This document shows, piece after piece, positions 9,428 through 18,278 of a DNA stretch of 64,000 nt. The stretch spans positions 64,001-128,000 of the IMG/VR virus record IMGVR_UViG_3300005529_000024, one strand, 5' to 3'. The number at the start of each line of letters is the position of its first letter. Positions within the stretch are counted from its first letter, which is position 1. Both the position numbers and the translations under genes were made by a program. The DNA is from a virus. The notes under the pieces were generated by a model. The model did no database searches. It saw only the letters and a program-made list of their open reading frames with translations, and was not told the origin of the DNA.

Positions 9428-11128
9428 ATGTATATTGCCGTAGGTTTTCCCGGATCAATCTATACAAGTAATGATGCTTCTTCTTGGACTGCACAAACTA
9501 GTGGTGTTAGTGTATCTCTTTCTAGGGTAGCGTTTGGGGCTGGATTAATCGTAGTAGTAGGTGACGTAGGCACGATTATAACATCGTCAGATGGAGGAGT
9601 AACTTGGACACCACGAACAAGTGGAACATCTGAATTCTTAAATGATGTTACTTGGACTGGATCAGTATTTATAGCAGTTGGGAATAATGGTACTGCCATT
9701 TATTCGCCTGATGGTATTACGTGGTCTGCTTTACCAATTGTTACTTCCAATAACCTTAATGGCGTTATATATGGCGCTGGAACTTATGTAATTGTAGGTC
9801 GTGTAAATAATATCACGGCTGCAATCTATACAAGCCCTGATTTAGTTACCTGGACATTTTCTGATGGCGGTATCGGAAGAGATTTAACTGCGATTACATA
9901 TGATGCAGGTTTAGGTCTGTTTGTTGTTTGTGGTAGGCTTGGTAAAATTGCTACATCTCCTGATGCCACTACATGGACAGTCAGAACTAGTGGGACATCA
10001 AATACTCTTTATGCTGCAACATCAGATGGTTCTGGTAATCTTGTAGTCGCTGGTGATGTTGGTACACTCTTAACGAGTTCAAATGGTACATCCTGGACAA
10101 CTCGTACTAGCTTAGCTCCAGATGTTATTCTGGGATTAGGGTATGGTAATGGCATATTCCTTGAGGCTGGTACTGTCAATTTTATCGGGACATCATCAGA
10201 TGGAGGAGCAACATGGACTGATCATTCCCAACCAGGTACTGATTTTGGTGGTGTAGCTTATGGTACAACAACAGTTACTGTTACTTCTCAGAGTATATTT
10301 GATTATGAGTTTTTAAGAACAGAGTCAACTAACTTTGAGTTTAAATCGTTTCCATCTCAGGATTCTACATTTGATTATGAATTTAATGCTGAGTTTGTTA
10401 ATTATCTTTCGTCATTTAACTATGAATATGGCGTAATCCTAGCTCAACAGAGAAATATAAATTACGAGTCTTACCAGAATATTGAATATACGTTTACTAT
10501 TCTGTATGAGACTGAGCTTTGTGTTCCAACAGTACCATCTGATTTTCTGTTCCAGCTTTTACCTGAGTTGTACAAAATAGTAGACGCGAGCCAAGGGCAG
10601 AATGTCTTATATACACTTCTTGTAAGTGTAATGGGATCATTTTTTGAAGATGCGATAAACAGTATCGAGAGCTTTGCAACAATCTTTAATTTCGAAAAAT
10701 GTGATCCTCGATATTTGGATCATCTTTTGTACCAGTTAGGAAACCCATTTGATATCTCTGGATTTTCTGATAATGATAAACGAAAGATTATCTCTTTGCT
10801 TGTACAAATCTACAAGCAAAAGGGAACAAAGCAAGGAATGATTAACGCTACCCGCGTGCTTACAAACCTTGATGTAGATATTAAAGAGGATTTGAAAGAG
10901 TATTATTGGAATATTGGAATTTCCTCTCTAGATCAACCTGCTAATCTATTTCCTGTTACATTTAATCGTGTCACAGTATTTAGACGTGCTACGATGAATT
11001 ACGAATATGGCCCTGGTATAAGCAGAGGTGCAATTGTTAACTATGAGGCTGACAGATTGACATCTGGATTCTCTGAAGAAACATTCGGTGATATGGTCTT
11101 TGCCAATGGTGGATTCGGCGGGTTATAA
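9428..11128 (+). CDS. Beta-propeller plus 14-aa repeats plus N-terminal part of a P2 gpI-like baseplate wedge domain
   Basis: S-x-D-G-x-T-W (BNR-like) repeats; FDYEF/FNYEY units; LPELYK...YLDHLLYQLG...KRKII...IYKQKGTKQG gpI-like pattern. Confidence 0.75.
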   Translation: MYIAVGFPGSIYTSNDASSWTAQTSGVSVSLSRVAFGAGLIVVVGDVGTIITSSDGGVTWTPRTSGTSEFLNDVTWTGSVFIAVGNNGTAIYSPDGITWSALPIVTSNNLNGVIYGAGTYVIVGRVNNITAAIYTSPDLVTWTFSDGGIGRDLTAITYDAGLGLFVVCGRLGKIATSPDATTWTVRTSGTSNTLYAATSDGSGNLVVAGDVGTLLTSSNGTSWTTRTSLAPDVILGLGYGNGIFLEAGTVNFIGTSSDGGATWTDHSQPGTDFGGVAYGTTTVTVTSQSIFDYEFLRTESTNFEFKSFPSQDSTFDYEFNAEFVNYLSSFNYEYGVILAQQRNINYESYQNIEYTFTILYETELCVPTVPSDFLFQLLPELYKIVDASQGQNVLYTLLVSVMGSFFEDAINSIESFATIFNFEKCDPRYLDHLLYQLGNPFDISGFSDNDKRKIISLLVQIYKQKGTKQGMINATRVLTNLDVDIKEDLKEYYWNIGISSLDQPANLFPVTFNRVTVFRRATMNYEYGPGISRGAIVNYEADRLTSGFSEETFGDMVFANGGFGGL

Positions 11129-11140
11129 AAGGAGTTTTAA

Positions 11141-12172
11141 ATGTCTTTAGATCCAATTGTAAATTTCGGTGTAGTGACTACTGCTAATCTATATAACTCA
11201 GCAGCTACATCTATAGTCTTAGATGCTGGACAAGGTGCTAAGCTTCCAGCAGTAGATTCTGATAATCCAAATCCTATACCCGGATATGACCTTATTTGGT
11301 GGGATGGATTAACCTATTCTGCTCCTTCTGATGATCCTAATGTTGAGATCGTAAGAGTTACTGCTAAAGTTGGTGATACCCTTACGATTGCTCGCGCACA
11401 ACAGGGAACAGTAGCATCTAATAAAAACTCAGCGGGTAAGATCTATAAACTAGCACTTGGCCCCACGGCTAAGATGATGAGCGATATAAACAAATATATC
11501 GACTCGTTTGAGGATTGGTATACCGTTACTTGGGATTTTAATGGCGATACAACCAGCATGGATGCTAATGGTCTTCGTTTTTCTGCTGGTGGTTCTTATA
11601 CTATTACTGGTACCGGCATCAACGGGGAAATGACTATAGGTACGGATGCTAGTAGCCTTAGAGAGTGGGATATATACTCTAGGATTGTTGGCTATCCTGG
11701 TCCTGATCCCTATCCTTCTGTATTGGCATTTGGCTCTTCGCCTCATTATTGCAAGATGAGGATGACATCTGGTGATTCTACAAATACAAATAAAGTAATC
11801 GTGTTTGGGTTTTGTGGTTATCCCTATAATCTTAATCAGATGACTAATTTTACCCCTGGTGGATCTGCTAACGGTTGTTTCTTTAGGGTTAATGCTGCTG
11901 GTTCTGCTGCAAATATTTTTGCTGTTAATAAGAACGGTGTATCTGAGACTACATTTGATACTGGTATTCTAGACTCATCCTCTTATCATGTGTTTGAGAT
12001 TATAGCTACTTCATCTCAGGTGTTGTACTATATCGATGGATCATTGAGAACAACGCTCAGTACGAATATACCGACTGCTGCACAAGCTTTCCATATCGGG
12101 ATGCAGACAACCGATGCGGTAGGAAAGCTAGCTACGATTGATTGGATAAAATATACTAGACCGAGGACATAA
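11141..12172 (+). CDS. Receptor-binding / fibre-tip protein 2 (shared N-terminal domain plus lectin/ConA-like head)
   Basis: N-terminal ~120 aa paralogous to 7664; C-terminal YHVFEI...VLYYIDG...IDWIKY beta-sandwich pattern. Confidence 0.7.
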   Translation: MSLDPIVNFGVVTTANLYNSAATSIVLDAGQGAKLPAVDSDNPNPIPGYDLIWWDGLTYSAPSDDPNVEIVRVTAKVGDTLTIARAQQGTVASNKNSAGKIYKLALGPTAKMMSDINKYIDSFEDWYTVTWDFNGDTTSMDANGLRFSAGGSYTITGTGINGEMTIGTDASSLREWDIYSRIVGYPGPDPYPSVLAFGSSPHYCKMRMTSGDSTNTNKVIVFGFCGYPYNLNQMTNFTPGGSANGCFFRVNAAGSAANIFAVNKNGVSETTFDTGILDSSSYHVFEIIATSSQVLYYIDGSLRTTLSTNIPTAAQAFHIGMQTTDAVGKLATIDWIKYTRPRT

Positions 12173-12477
12173 TGCCTTCTGTATCGCAATTATCAGGATT
12201 CAACAGTGAGTTTAGACTTACTTCTCCGCTACCTCCAGCAATTGGTGTGGGTGGTAGTGCGTTATGGGAATATAACGCTAAACGTGTGATTTATTCGTTT
12301 ACCGTTGTTTTGCCTGTAGTTGTTGATTCTATAACATTAGAGAAGATTAAAGCAGTAATCGACTTTATGAAGCCTGCACATACGCATTATCGCATTGTAC
12401 AGCCGAATGAGGTTGGCGCACTAGATCATTGGCTTCTTGATATAAGTAGTTTAGATATCAATACACTATTGCATTAA
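12172..12477 (+). CDS. C-terminal part of a gpI-like baseplate wedge protein, encoded as a separate gene
   Basis: YSFTVVLP...IKAVIDFMKPAHTHY is the typical gpI C-terminal KPAHT motif. Confidence 0.7.
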   Translation: MPSVSQLSGFNSEFRLTSPLPPAIGVGGSALWEYNAKRVIYSFTVVLPVVVDSITLEKIKAVIDFMKPAHTHYRIVQPNEVGALDHWLLDISSLDINTLLH

Positions 12478-12532
12478 AGAGGGTTAAATTGGATCAAGAC
12501 AAAAAGGTTTTGAAGCAACAGCTTTATGGAGG

Positions 12533-13189
12533 ATGACTACAATCGATCATAATAATTACTACTTCCAAGACATAGCAACAGCAAGCGATCTTAATCAGAA
12601 TGAAACTGATTTAGAGAATTTCTTCGCAAAGATGATTACTGAGATTATCGGATATGGTATTGTCACAAGTGTCACTATTACTCCTAATGGTACTCCTGAT
12701 AATACTATATTAATCCCGGTTCTTACTGCATATACAAATACAGGTAATCGAGTTTATACAGCAAATCAATCTCGTATTCTTGTCTACGGTACGTTTGGTC
12801 CAGAACAAGCTCTTGATGGGTTCACTCTTACTGGTAAAAATCTTACACCTATTACGAATAATCCTCTGATTGGGAATAATACTCCTATCAATCTCCCGTC
12901 AGCAGGAAATGAGATGTGGGTTTCTTTATTCCTTTATTTTGATCGGTTAGGTTCTGATCCTCGTGTTGATGGATTCGGTAATCCAATATTCTTCAGGATA
13001 TCAGATTCTTTTAAGTTTTATCTTGTTCAGGGTACACCAGCAGCAATAGGCTTAGCGATAAAGCCTACATTGCCTGGAGATAATTCGCTTCTCTTGGGTG
13101 ATATATATCTTAGAGATACCACAACTGATATTAGCGGTCCTAATCTAGATTTTTCACGTAAACAAGGTTTCACACGTATACCTTTTTAA
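12533..13189 (+). CDS. Baseplate-proximal tail fibre attachment domain protein
   Basis: Paralogous to the N-terminus of 13386 (DLNQxETD, DPRVDGxGNPxFxRxxDSF, KPTLPGDN). Confidence 0.6.
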   Translation: MTTIDHNNYYFQDIATASDLNQNETDLENFFAKMITEIIGYGIVTSVTITPNGTPDNTILIPVLTAYTNTGNRVYTANQSRILVYGTFGPEQALDGFTLTGKNLTPITNNPLIGNNTPINLPSAGNEMWVSLFLYFDRLGSDPRVDGFGNPIFFRISDSFKFYLVQGTPAAIGLAIKPTLPGDNSLLLGDIYLRDTTTDISGPNLDFSRKQGFTRIPF

Positions 13190-13201
13190 GCTGGTTGACA
13201 A

Positions 13202-13384
13202 ATGGAAAAAGAAGAGCTTGATGCTCGTTGCTTTGCTTTATTCAGACGCATACAAGATTCAATGCAATCGATTAAAACAGAATCTATTAGCTCATTGTTA
13301 AATCCTAATTTAGAAACTCTTAACTCTATTTTATCCTCATTAGACTCTCTAAATAGATCTCTTAAAAAGAAGAAGGAGAAGTAA
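13202..13384 (+). CDS. Small hypothetical protein
   Basis: Fills the gap between two fibre genes; helical, Lys-rich tail. Confidence 0.4.
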   Translation: MEKEELDARCFALFRRIQDSMQSIKTESISSLLNPNLETLNSILSSLDSLNRSLKKKKEK

Positions 13385-13385
13385 G

Positions 13386-15050
13386 GTGAACGGTTACAAT
13401 TTTTATTTCAAGCAATTAGTCGCTCATGGTGATTTAAATCAACTTGAGACTGATATCGATAGCCAGATTAGTTCCGTTATCGCTCAACTATTCGGCGCTG
13501 GTTGGTTGAATACTCCGGTTATTACGCAGACATTAGTTCCTAGTCTAGCTGTTCTTTTACCCACATTGTTAGGATATGATGGGTCCGGAGAGCGTGTACA
13601 GACAACAGTTGGCGTAACCCTTAATCTGACTAATGATGGATTTACTCCTATTGGGGCGACTGGAACAGTCACTGGAAATGGATCTGTTATAAGCGTTCCA
13701 GGTGGTGGATTTGAGCGTTGGTTATCTATATTCGGTTATCATTCTGTTTTGCAAACAGATCCTCGTGTGGACGGCGCTGGTAATCCTCTTTTTTATCGTT
13801 TGCTTGATAGTTTCCAATTTAGAGTTATCGCTGGAACGATTGCTGCAACTGGAACAGCGGTTAAACCTACGCTTCCAGGTGATAATGGGATTTTGCTTAC
13901 TGATGTCCTACTGACTCCTACAGGCATAATTGTTAATTCTAACATAGATCAAGTACGTAGACAAGATTTGCTTACTATCGCACAAGGCGTTGCTGAAACT
14001 ATTACTGCTCGTAACTCCACGCCTAAATTGACAATCTTTCCTAATTTGAAAGCTCGTCTTGATGCCGGTGAAACAGATTTAGTTGATCATAAACAGCCTA
14101 CTCAGGATGACCATTCTAATTATCTTCTTGCTGACGCTTCTCGTGCTTTAAGTAGTGGACCATTTCTCTATGGCGCTGCTAGCCGAGAGTTTAATAAGAA
14201 ATCAACCACAGATGGTGGATTTATCCGTCAGTATACTATTGATGAGGGCGGTGGGAATAAATGGTATGAAGAGACATGGAATGCTGGACGTGTTCTAGCT
14301 AGCGGTACTCCAACATCATCTTGGAATGGCAGAGACATAGCTGCTCCATGTTATCTAGAGCGTATTGGTATTGGTTTATCAAATTATGGTTTTAAAGAGG
14401 TATGGGTAGCTGCTACTGGTATTGCTGGCTCTGTTCCATCTTTTTCTCTAGTATTAAGATTAGACGGACTGAATAGTGCGACTACAATTAACGGCTCATC
14501 ACCATCTATCGGTTTGGTTGATAGTTCTGATACTATTGCTAGCATTGTTGGTAAGAATCATGCTGGTAGCCCTAGAGTACAAGCTTCTTTCCGTAATCTC
14601 TCTGCATTATTGGGAAGGTTTACTATCGATGATGCTAGCGGTACTCCAATTTTTGGATTCGATACAGCATCAAAGAAAATGGATCTCGGTAACGTACCTA
14701 ATCCAAGAATCATTACGTTAGCATCAGGTAATGGTGGCGGTACATGTTCTTTTTCCTCTGTTGCTACTGGTGATATTATTCTAGTAGTTGGTCAAGTAAA
14801 TTTTACCACTGTAGGTTCACTCGGTACTGTTACTATCAGTCTAGTACCTGTTGGTACTGCTGGTGTAACTAATCTTGGTGGTGGTTTAAAAACTATGTAT
14901 TGCGCTGCATCATCAAGTAACATCAGTGATATGTTTGCTCTGTATTTAGTTACTTCCCCAGGAACCATGTCATTTCATAATACTGCTTCTGGTGGTAATT
15001 TTAACACTCTTTCATCTGAAACAGTATCAGCTTTAAAATTTAACGCTTAA
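13386..15050 (+). CDS. Tail fibre protein
   Basis: N-terminal attachment domain shared with 12533; Gly/Ser/Thr-rich beta C-terminus; GTG start after AGGAG. Confidence 0.7.
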   Translation: MNGYNFYFKQLVAHGDLNQLETDIDSQISSVIAQLFGAGWLNTPVITQTLVPSLAVLLPTLLGYDGSGERVQTTVGVTLNLTNDGFTPIGATGTVTGNGSVISVPGGGFERWLSIFGYHSVLQTDPRVDGAGNPLFYRLLDSFQFRVIAGTIAATGTAVKPTLPGDNGILLTDVLLTPTGIIVNSNIDQVRRQDLLTIAQGVAETITARNSTPKLTIFPNLKARLDAGETDLVDHKQPTQDDHSNYLLADASRALSSGPFLYGAASREFNKKSTTDGGFIRQYTIDEGGGNKWYEETWNAGRVLASGTPTSSWNGRDIAAPCYLERIGIGLSNYGFKEVWVAATGIAGSVPSFSLVLRLDGLNSATTINGSSPSIGLVDSSDTIASIVGKNHAGSPRVQASFRNLSALLGRFTIDDASGTPIFGFDTASKKMDLGNVPNPRIITLASGNGGGTCSFSSVATGDIILVVGQVNFTTVGSLGTVTISLVPVGTAGVTNLGGGLKTMYCAASSSNISDMFALYLVTSPGTMSFHNTASGGNFNTLSSETVSALKFNA

Positions 15051-15064
15051 TAAAGGAGCGAGAC

Positions 15065-15817
15065 ATGCCTATTAGTTCTAGTGATTTGCAACTTTATGGT
15101 TCTGCTCATATGCCAGAGGATGATCTTGTCTCTACTGTTGTAGGCGGTGCTATAAGCACAACTACGAAGTTGGAGTTCACTGATGTATCTACTCCTACGA
15201 CTGTATCAGTTTTTTCAAGCAATCCTGTGGATACGACACAGACTTTAACTATCACTGGTAGAGATACTTCAGGGAATATAGTCTCACAGATTCTGAGTTT
15301 ATCCGGTACTACGATTATAAATAGTACGCAGGTATTCGAGCGTATCCTCAAAATTGTTCTATCTGCTCCTGCTACTGGCACAGTATCTGTTGTTAGAAAC
15401 AATCCTCCTACTTATACTCCAATTGTTTCTATGCTTCCAGGAATACTCCAGGTTAGGCGTACATTTTATGCAGCTAGTTCTGGAGTATTACCAGCTACGC
15501 GATATGAGAAAGTATTTTTAAAGAATACTAATGGATCTTTTGTTCTTCAGAATGCAAAGGTTACTCTTACAGCAGATCCTTCTTCTAAGCTGTTGCTTGG
15601 TCTTGCTGCTGCTAAAAACGATTCTACATCCATTACGGGGAGACTTAATAATCCTCCTCCAGGAGTCACATTCGTTGGTCTTGGCGTTGATCAATTCTGT
15701 CCCGGTAATACTCTTGAGAATTCAGCTTATATAGGAGTGTGGATCAGTCAGACTTTACAGGCTAATGACCCTCCTGTTAAGAGTAGTGGAAATGTACGGA
15801 TTTTGGGAACGAGCTAA
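15065..15817 (+). CDS. Putative fibre/filament subunit, paralog A
   Basis: Full-length paralog of 17057 (YGSAxMPEDD, FERILKIV, RYEKxFxKNT, DPSSKLLLGLA). Confidence 0.6.
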   Translation: MPISSSDLQLYGSAHMPEDDLVSTVVGGAISTTTKLEFTDVSTPTTVSVFSSNPVDTTQTLTITGRDTSGNIVSQILSLSGTTIINSTQVFERILKIVLSAPATGTVSVVRNNPPTYTPIVSMLPGILQVRRTFYAASSGVLPATRYEKVFLKNTNGSFVLQNAKVTLTADPSSKLLLGLAAAKNDSTSITGRLNNPPPGVTFVGLGVDQFCPGNTLENSAYIGVWISQTLQANDPPVKSSGNVRILGTS

Positions 15818-15819
15818 AT

Positions 15820-16269
15820 ATGATAGTAGAGAAGCGCGGAGATATTTTTGATGTGGAGGTTGACGCATTAGTTAATCCTGTTAATTGCGTCGGTGTGATG
15901 GGTAAGGGATTAGCTTTAGAATTCAAAAAGCGATTTCCAGGAAATTACCAATCTTACAAAGCAGCATGTTCTTCTGGATATTTAAAGCCCGGTGACATGC
16001 ATATAGCTATTACAGATTGTCCTTATCCAAAGTACATAATAAATTTTCCAACAAAAGATGACTGGCGTAATCCATCAAAGCTTGAGTATATACAGACTGG
16101 ATTGACTTCTCTGATCGATTGTATAGGAAGGTTGGATATTAGATCAATCTCGCTACCGGCGCTTGGTTGTGGTAATGGTAATCTTAGTTGGGATAGTGTT
16201 CGTCCTTTATTATATAACGCTTTCTCGCAACTATCTAATGTTAATGTATACATCTACACCCCATTATAA
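15820..16269 (+). CDS. Macrodomain ADP-ribosylhydrolase, DarG-like
   Basis: VNPVNCVGVMGKGLALEFKKRFP, IINFPTKDDWR, PALGCGNGNLSW motifs. Confidence 0.85.
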   Translation: MIVEKRGDIFDVEVDALVNPVNCVGVMGKGLALEFKKRFPGNYQSYKAACSSGYLKPGDMHIAITDCPYPKYIINFPTKDDWRNPSKLEYIQTGLTSLIDCIGRLDIRSISLPALGCGNGNLSWDSVRPLLYNAFSQLSNVNVYIYTPL

Positions 16270-16281
16270 AGGAAACATAAT

Positions 16282-16548
16282 ATGGATGAAGTAACTGTCA
16301 AATTGATTTATCAGTTAGGCGCTTGGGCTGTTATCGGCGCTGCTTTTATCGTACTGATAAAATGGCTTCTTGGGCATGTTTCTAAATTAGTTGATACTAA
16401 CCGTGAATCATCCCAACATTTCGCTGAAGTAGCTCAGGGGTTTAAGGCGACTGTTGATAATCATATGCGAGACTGTACGGAGACACAACAGAAATTAGTA
16501 TCCGCTATAGAAAATATGAGCAAGCCGAAATCTAATAGGAGAAGATAA
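16282..16548 (+). CDS. Putative holin
   Basis: One N-terminal TM segment, basic C-terminus, stop overlaps the endolysin start. Confidence 0.55.
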   Translation: MDEVTVKLIYQLGAWAVIGAAFIVLIKWLLGHVSKLVDTNRESSQHFAEVAQGFKATVDNHMRDCTETQQKLVSAIENMSKPKSNRRR

Positions 16549-16967
16549 TGATTTCGTTAAACGAGATCTTAAAGGGTGTGGATTTTGATTCACTACCTGA
16601 TGAACACAAAGCAAATCTAAATATTTTACTTCCAAGATTAAATCAAGTTAGAACAGCTTGGGGGCATCCGATGATCGTAGATTCCGGCTATCGGACCATG
16701 GCTGATCATCTTCGGATTTATGCAGCAAAAGGTATTACGGATCAATCAAAGATACCCATGAAATCAAAACATCTTTCAGGTGCTGCCGCTGATATCTCAG
16801 ACCCACATGATCTACTACAGGCTTGGGTTAAGGCTAATGAAGATTGGCTTGTCTCTACTGTTGGTTTATGGTGTGAGAGATTTGATTTCACAAAGAATTG
16901 GGTACATTTCCAATGTATTCCCTATGGTTCTTGGAAACCAGGTGGGAGTATATTTTTTATACCATAG
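16548..16967 (+). CDS. Endolysin, peptidase M15 family
   Basis: SGYR, SKHLSGAAAD and WVHF zinc-peptidase motifs. Confidence 0.85.
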   Translation: MISLNEILKGVDFDSLPDEHKANLNILLPRLNQVRTAWGHPMIVDSGYRTMADHLRIYAAKGITDQSKIPMKSKHLSGAAADISDPHDLLQAWVKANEDWLVSTVGLWCERFDFTKNWVHFQCIPYGSWKPGGSIFFIP

Positions 16968-17056
16968 CTTAGTTGTAATCTAGAGAAAAGTATTATAGTA
17001 CTGTAATACTTATCAGTATGTAACATGCATGTTAAAAATAAATTAAAGGAGATTTT

Positions 17057-17809
17057 ATGTCAATTACTGCCGCAGAACTTAAAACTTACGGTTCAGCTAA
17101 TATGCCTGAAGATGATACTTCTACCTCTGGTGGTGCTATCGACACGGCAACCAAAGTTGAATTTACCGACATCTCAGCACCAGATACAGTTAATCTTGTT
17201 TCTAGTGCAGCAGGCGATACCACACAGCTTGTGACTATCACTGGTCGTGATAATACCGGCGCTATCGTTAGTGGTAGTGCTACTCTTAATGGAACTACTC
17301 CTGTTACTGTTACTCCAGGTGGTGCTGGAACCTTTGAACGTATCCTCAAGATCGTCATGGGAGCAACAGCAGTAGGTACAGTTACTGCTACCAAAACAAC
17401 TGGTGGTGCAACAATCGCAACCCTCGAACCTGGAATCACTAAAGTTCGGCGTTTGTTCTATGATTCTTTCTCTACCGCTTCACCTACTACACGGTATGAG
17501 AAGATTTTCTGGAAGAACACTGACGGTTCGTTAACACTCACAAACGCAGTTATTCAGCTTTTCGCTGATCCTTCTTCTAAGCTGTTGCTTGGTCTTGCTA
17601 CAGCAAAGAACGATTCCGGATCTGTCGCTAACCGCTTGACTGCTCCAGGTGGGGTTACATTCGTTGGGGTTGGTGTAAACCAATCTGTTCCTGGAACTAC
17701 TCTCGAAGCTGGTGCTGTAATCGGGACTTGGATTGAGCTTTCGTTGCTTGCTAACGATAGTCCTTTGAAGTCTACCGGAACAACTCAGCTACAGGGTAAC
17801 AGCGTGTAA
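17057..17809 (+). CDS. Putative major fibre/filament subunit, paralog B
   Basis: Strong RBS (AAGGAG), own downstream terminator, Thr/Gly/Ala-rich beta protein; paralog of 15065. Confidence 0.6.
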   Translation: MSITAAELKTYGSANMPEDDTSTSGGAIDTATKVEFTDISAPDTVNLVSSAAGDTTQLVTITGRDNTGAIVSGSATLNGTTPVTVTPGGAGTFERILKIVMGATAVGTVTATKTTGGATIATLEPGITKVRRLFYDSFSTASPTTRYEKIFWKNTDGSLTLTNAVIQLFADPSSKLLLGLATAKNDSGSVANRLTAPGGVTFVGVGVNQSVPGTTLEAGAVIGTWIELSLLANDSPLKSTGTTQLQGNSV

Positions 17810-17828
17810 TTGTTTTGTATTGAGATTT

Positions 17829-17874
17829 GGCGGTATGGTGCTTAATTGCATCATACCGCCTTATTTCCTTTTTT
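17829..17874 (+). terminator. Rho-independent terminator
   Basis: GGCGGTATGGTGC-TTAATT-GCATCATACCGCC followed by a T-rich tract. Confidence 0.85.
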
Positions 17875-17877
17875 ATT

Positions 17878-17907
17878 TACCCTACCTTTTGCTTTTTCGC
17901 GTCTTGC
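17878..17907 (+). promoter_or_regulatory. Phage-specific promoter-like motif, copy 1
   Basis: TACCCTACCTTTTGCTTTTTCGCGTCTTGC immediately after a terminator; recurs at 27712, 39554 and 56459. Confidence 0.7.
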
Positions 17908-17998
17908 AGTTAATAAGTACTCATATGTTTTATGTTGAGCATTGTTTTGTCATACAAACATATAAGTATTTGTATTTGTTAATATAAAGGAGAATAGA

Positions 17999-18256
17999 AT
18001 GTCAGATAAGAGTTCACGTCAGATTCAGTGGGAAGATCAAGTTATTGAAACGAGAAAGCAGATTAAGTACGTGTGTAACGGTCATCCACATCCAAGTAAC
18101 CCTATACTCAGGACTGGATGCGGCGAAGATCTCTCTGGATTTTTTCATAGCTTACCATTAGACGGTAAAGAAGGTGAATATAGATGCCCTAAATGTGGCG
18201 AAGTTCATATTTACCGAAGCCCTATTTATCCTGGTGATGATGTTTCGCTGGATTAA
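17999..18256 (+). CDS. Small Zn-ribbon-like protein
   Basis: C..H..C and CPKCG; strong RBS; first gene of the scaffold operon. Confidence 0.55.
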   Translation: MSDKSSRQIQWEDQVIETRKQIKYVCNGHPHPSNPILRTGCGEDLSGFFHSLPLDGKEGEYRCPKCGEVHIYRSPIYPGDDVSLD

Positions 18257-18278
18257 TTTAAGGATTAGGAATTCATAA

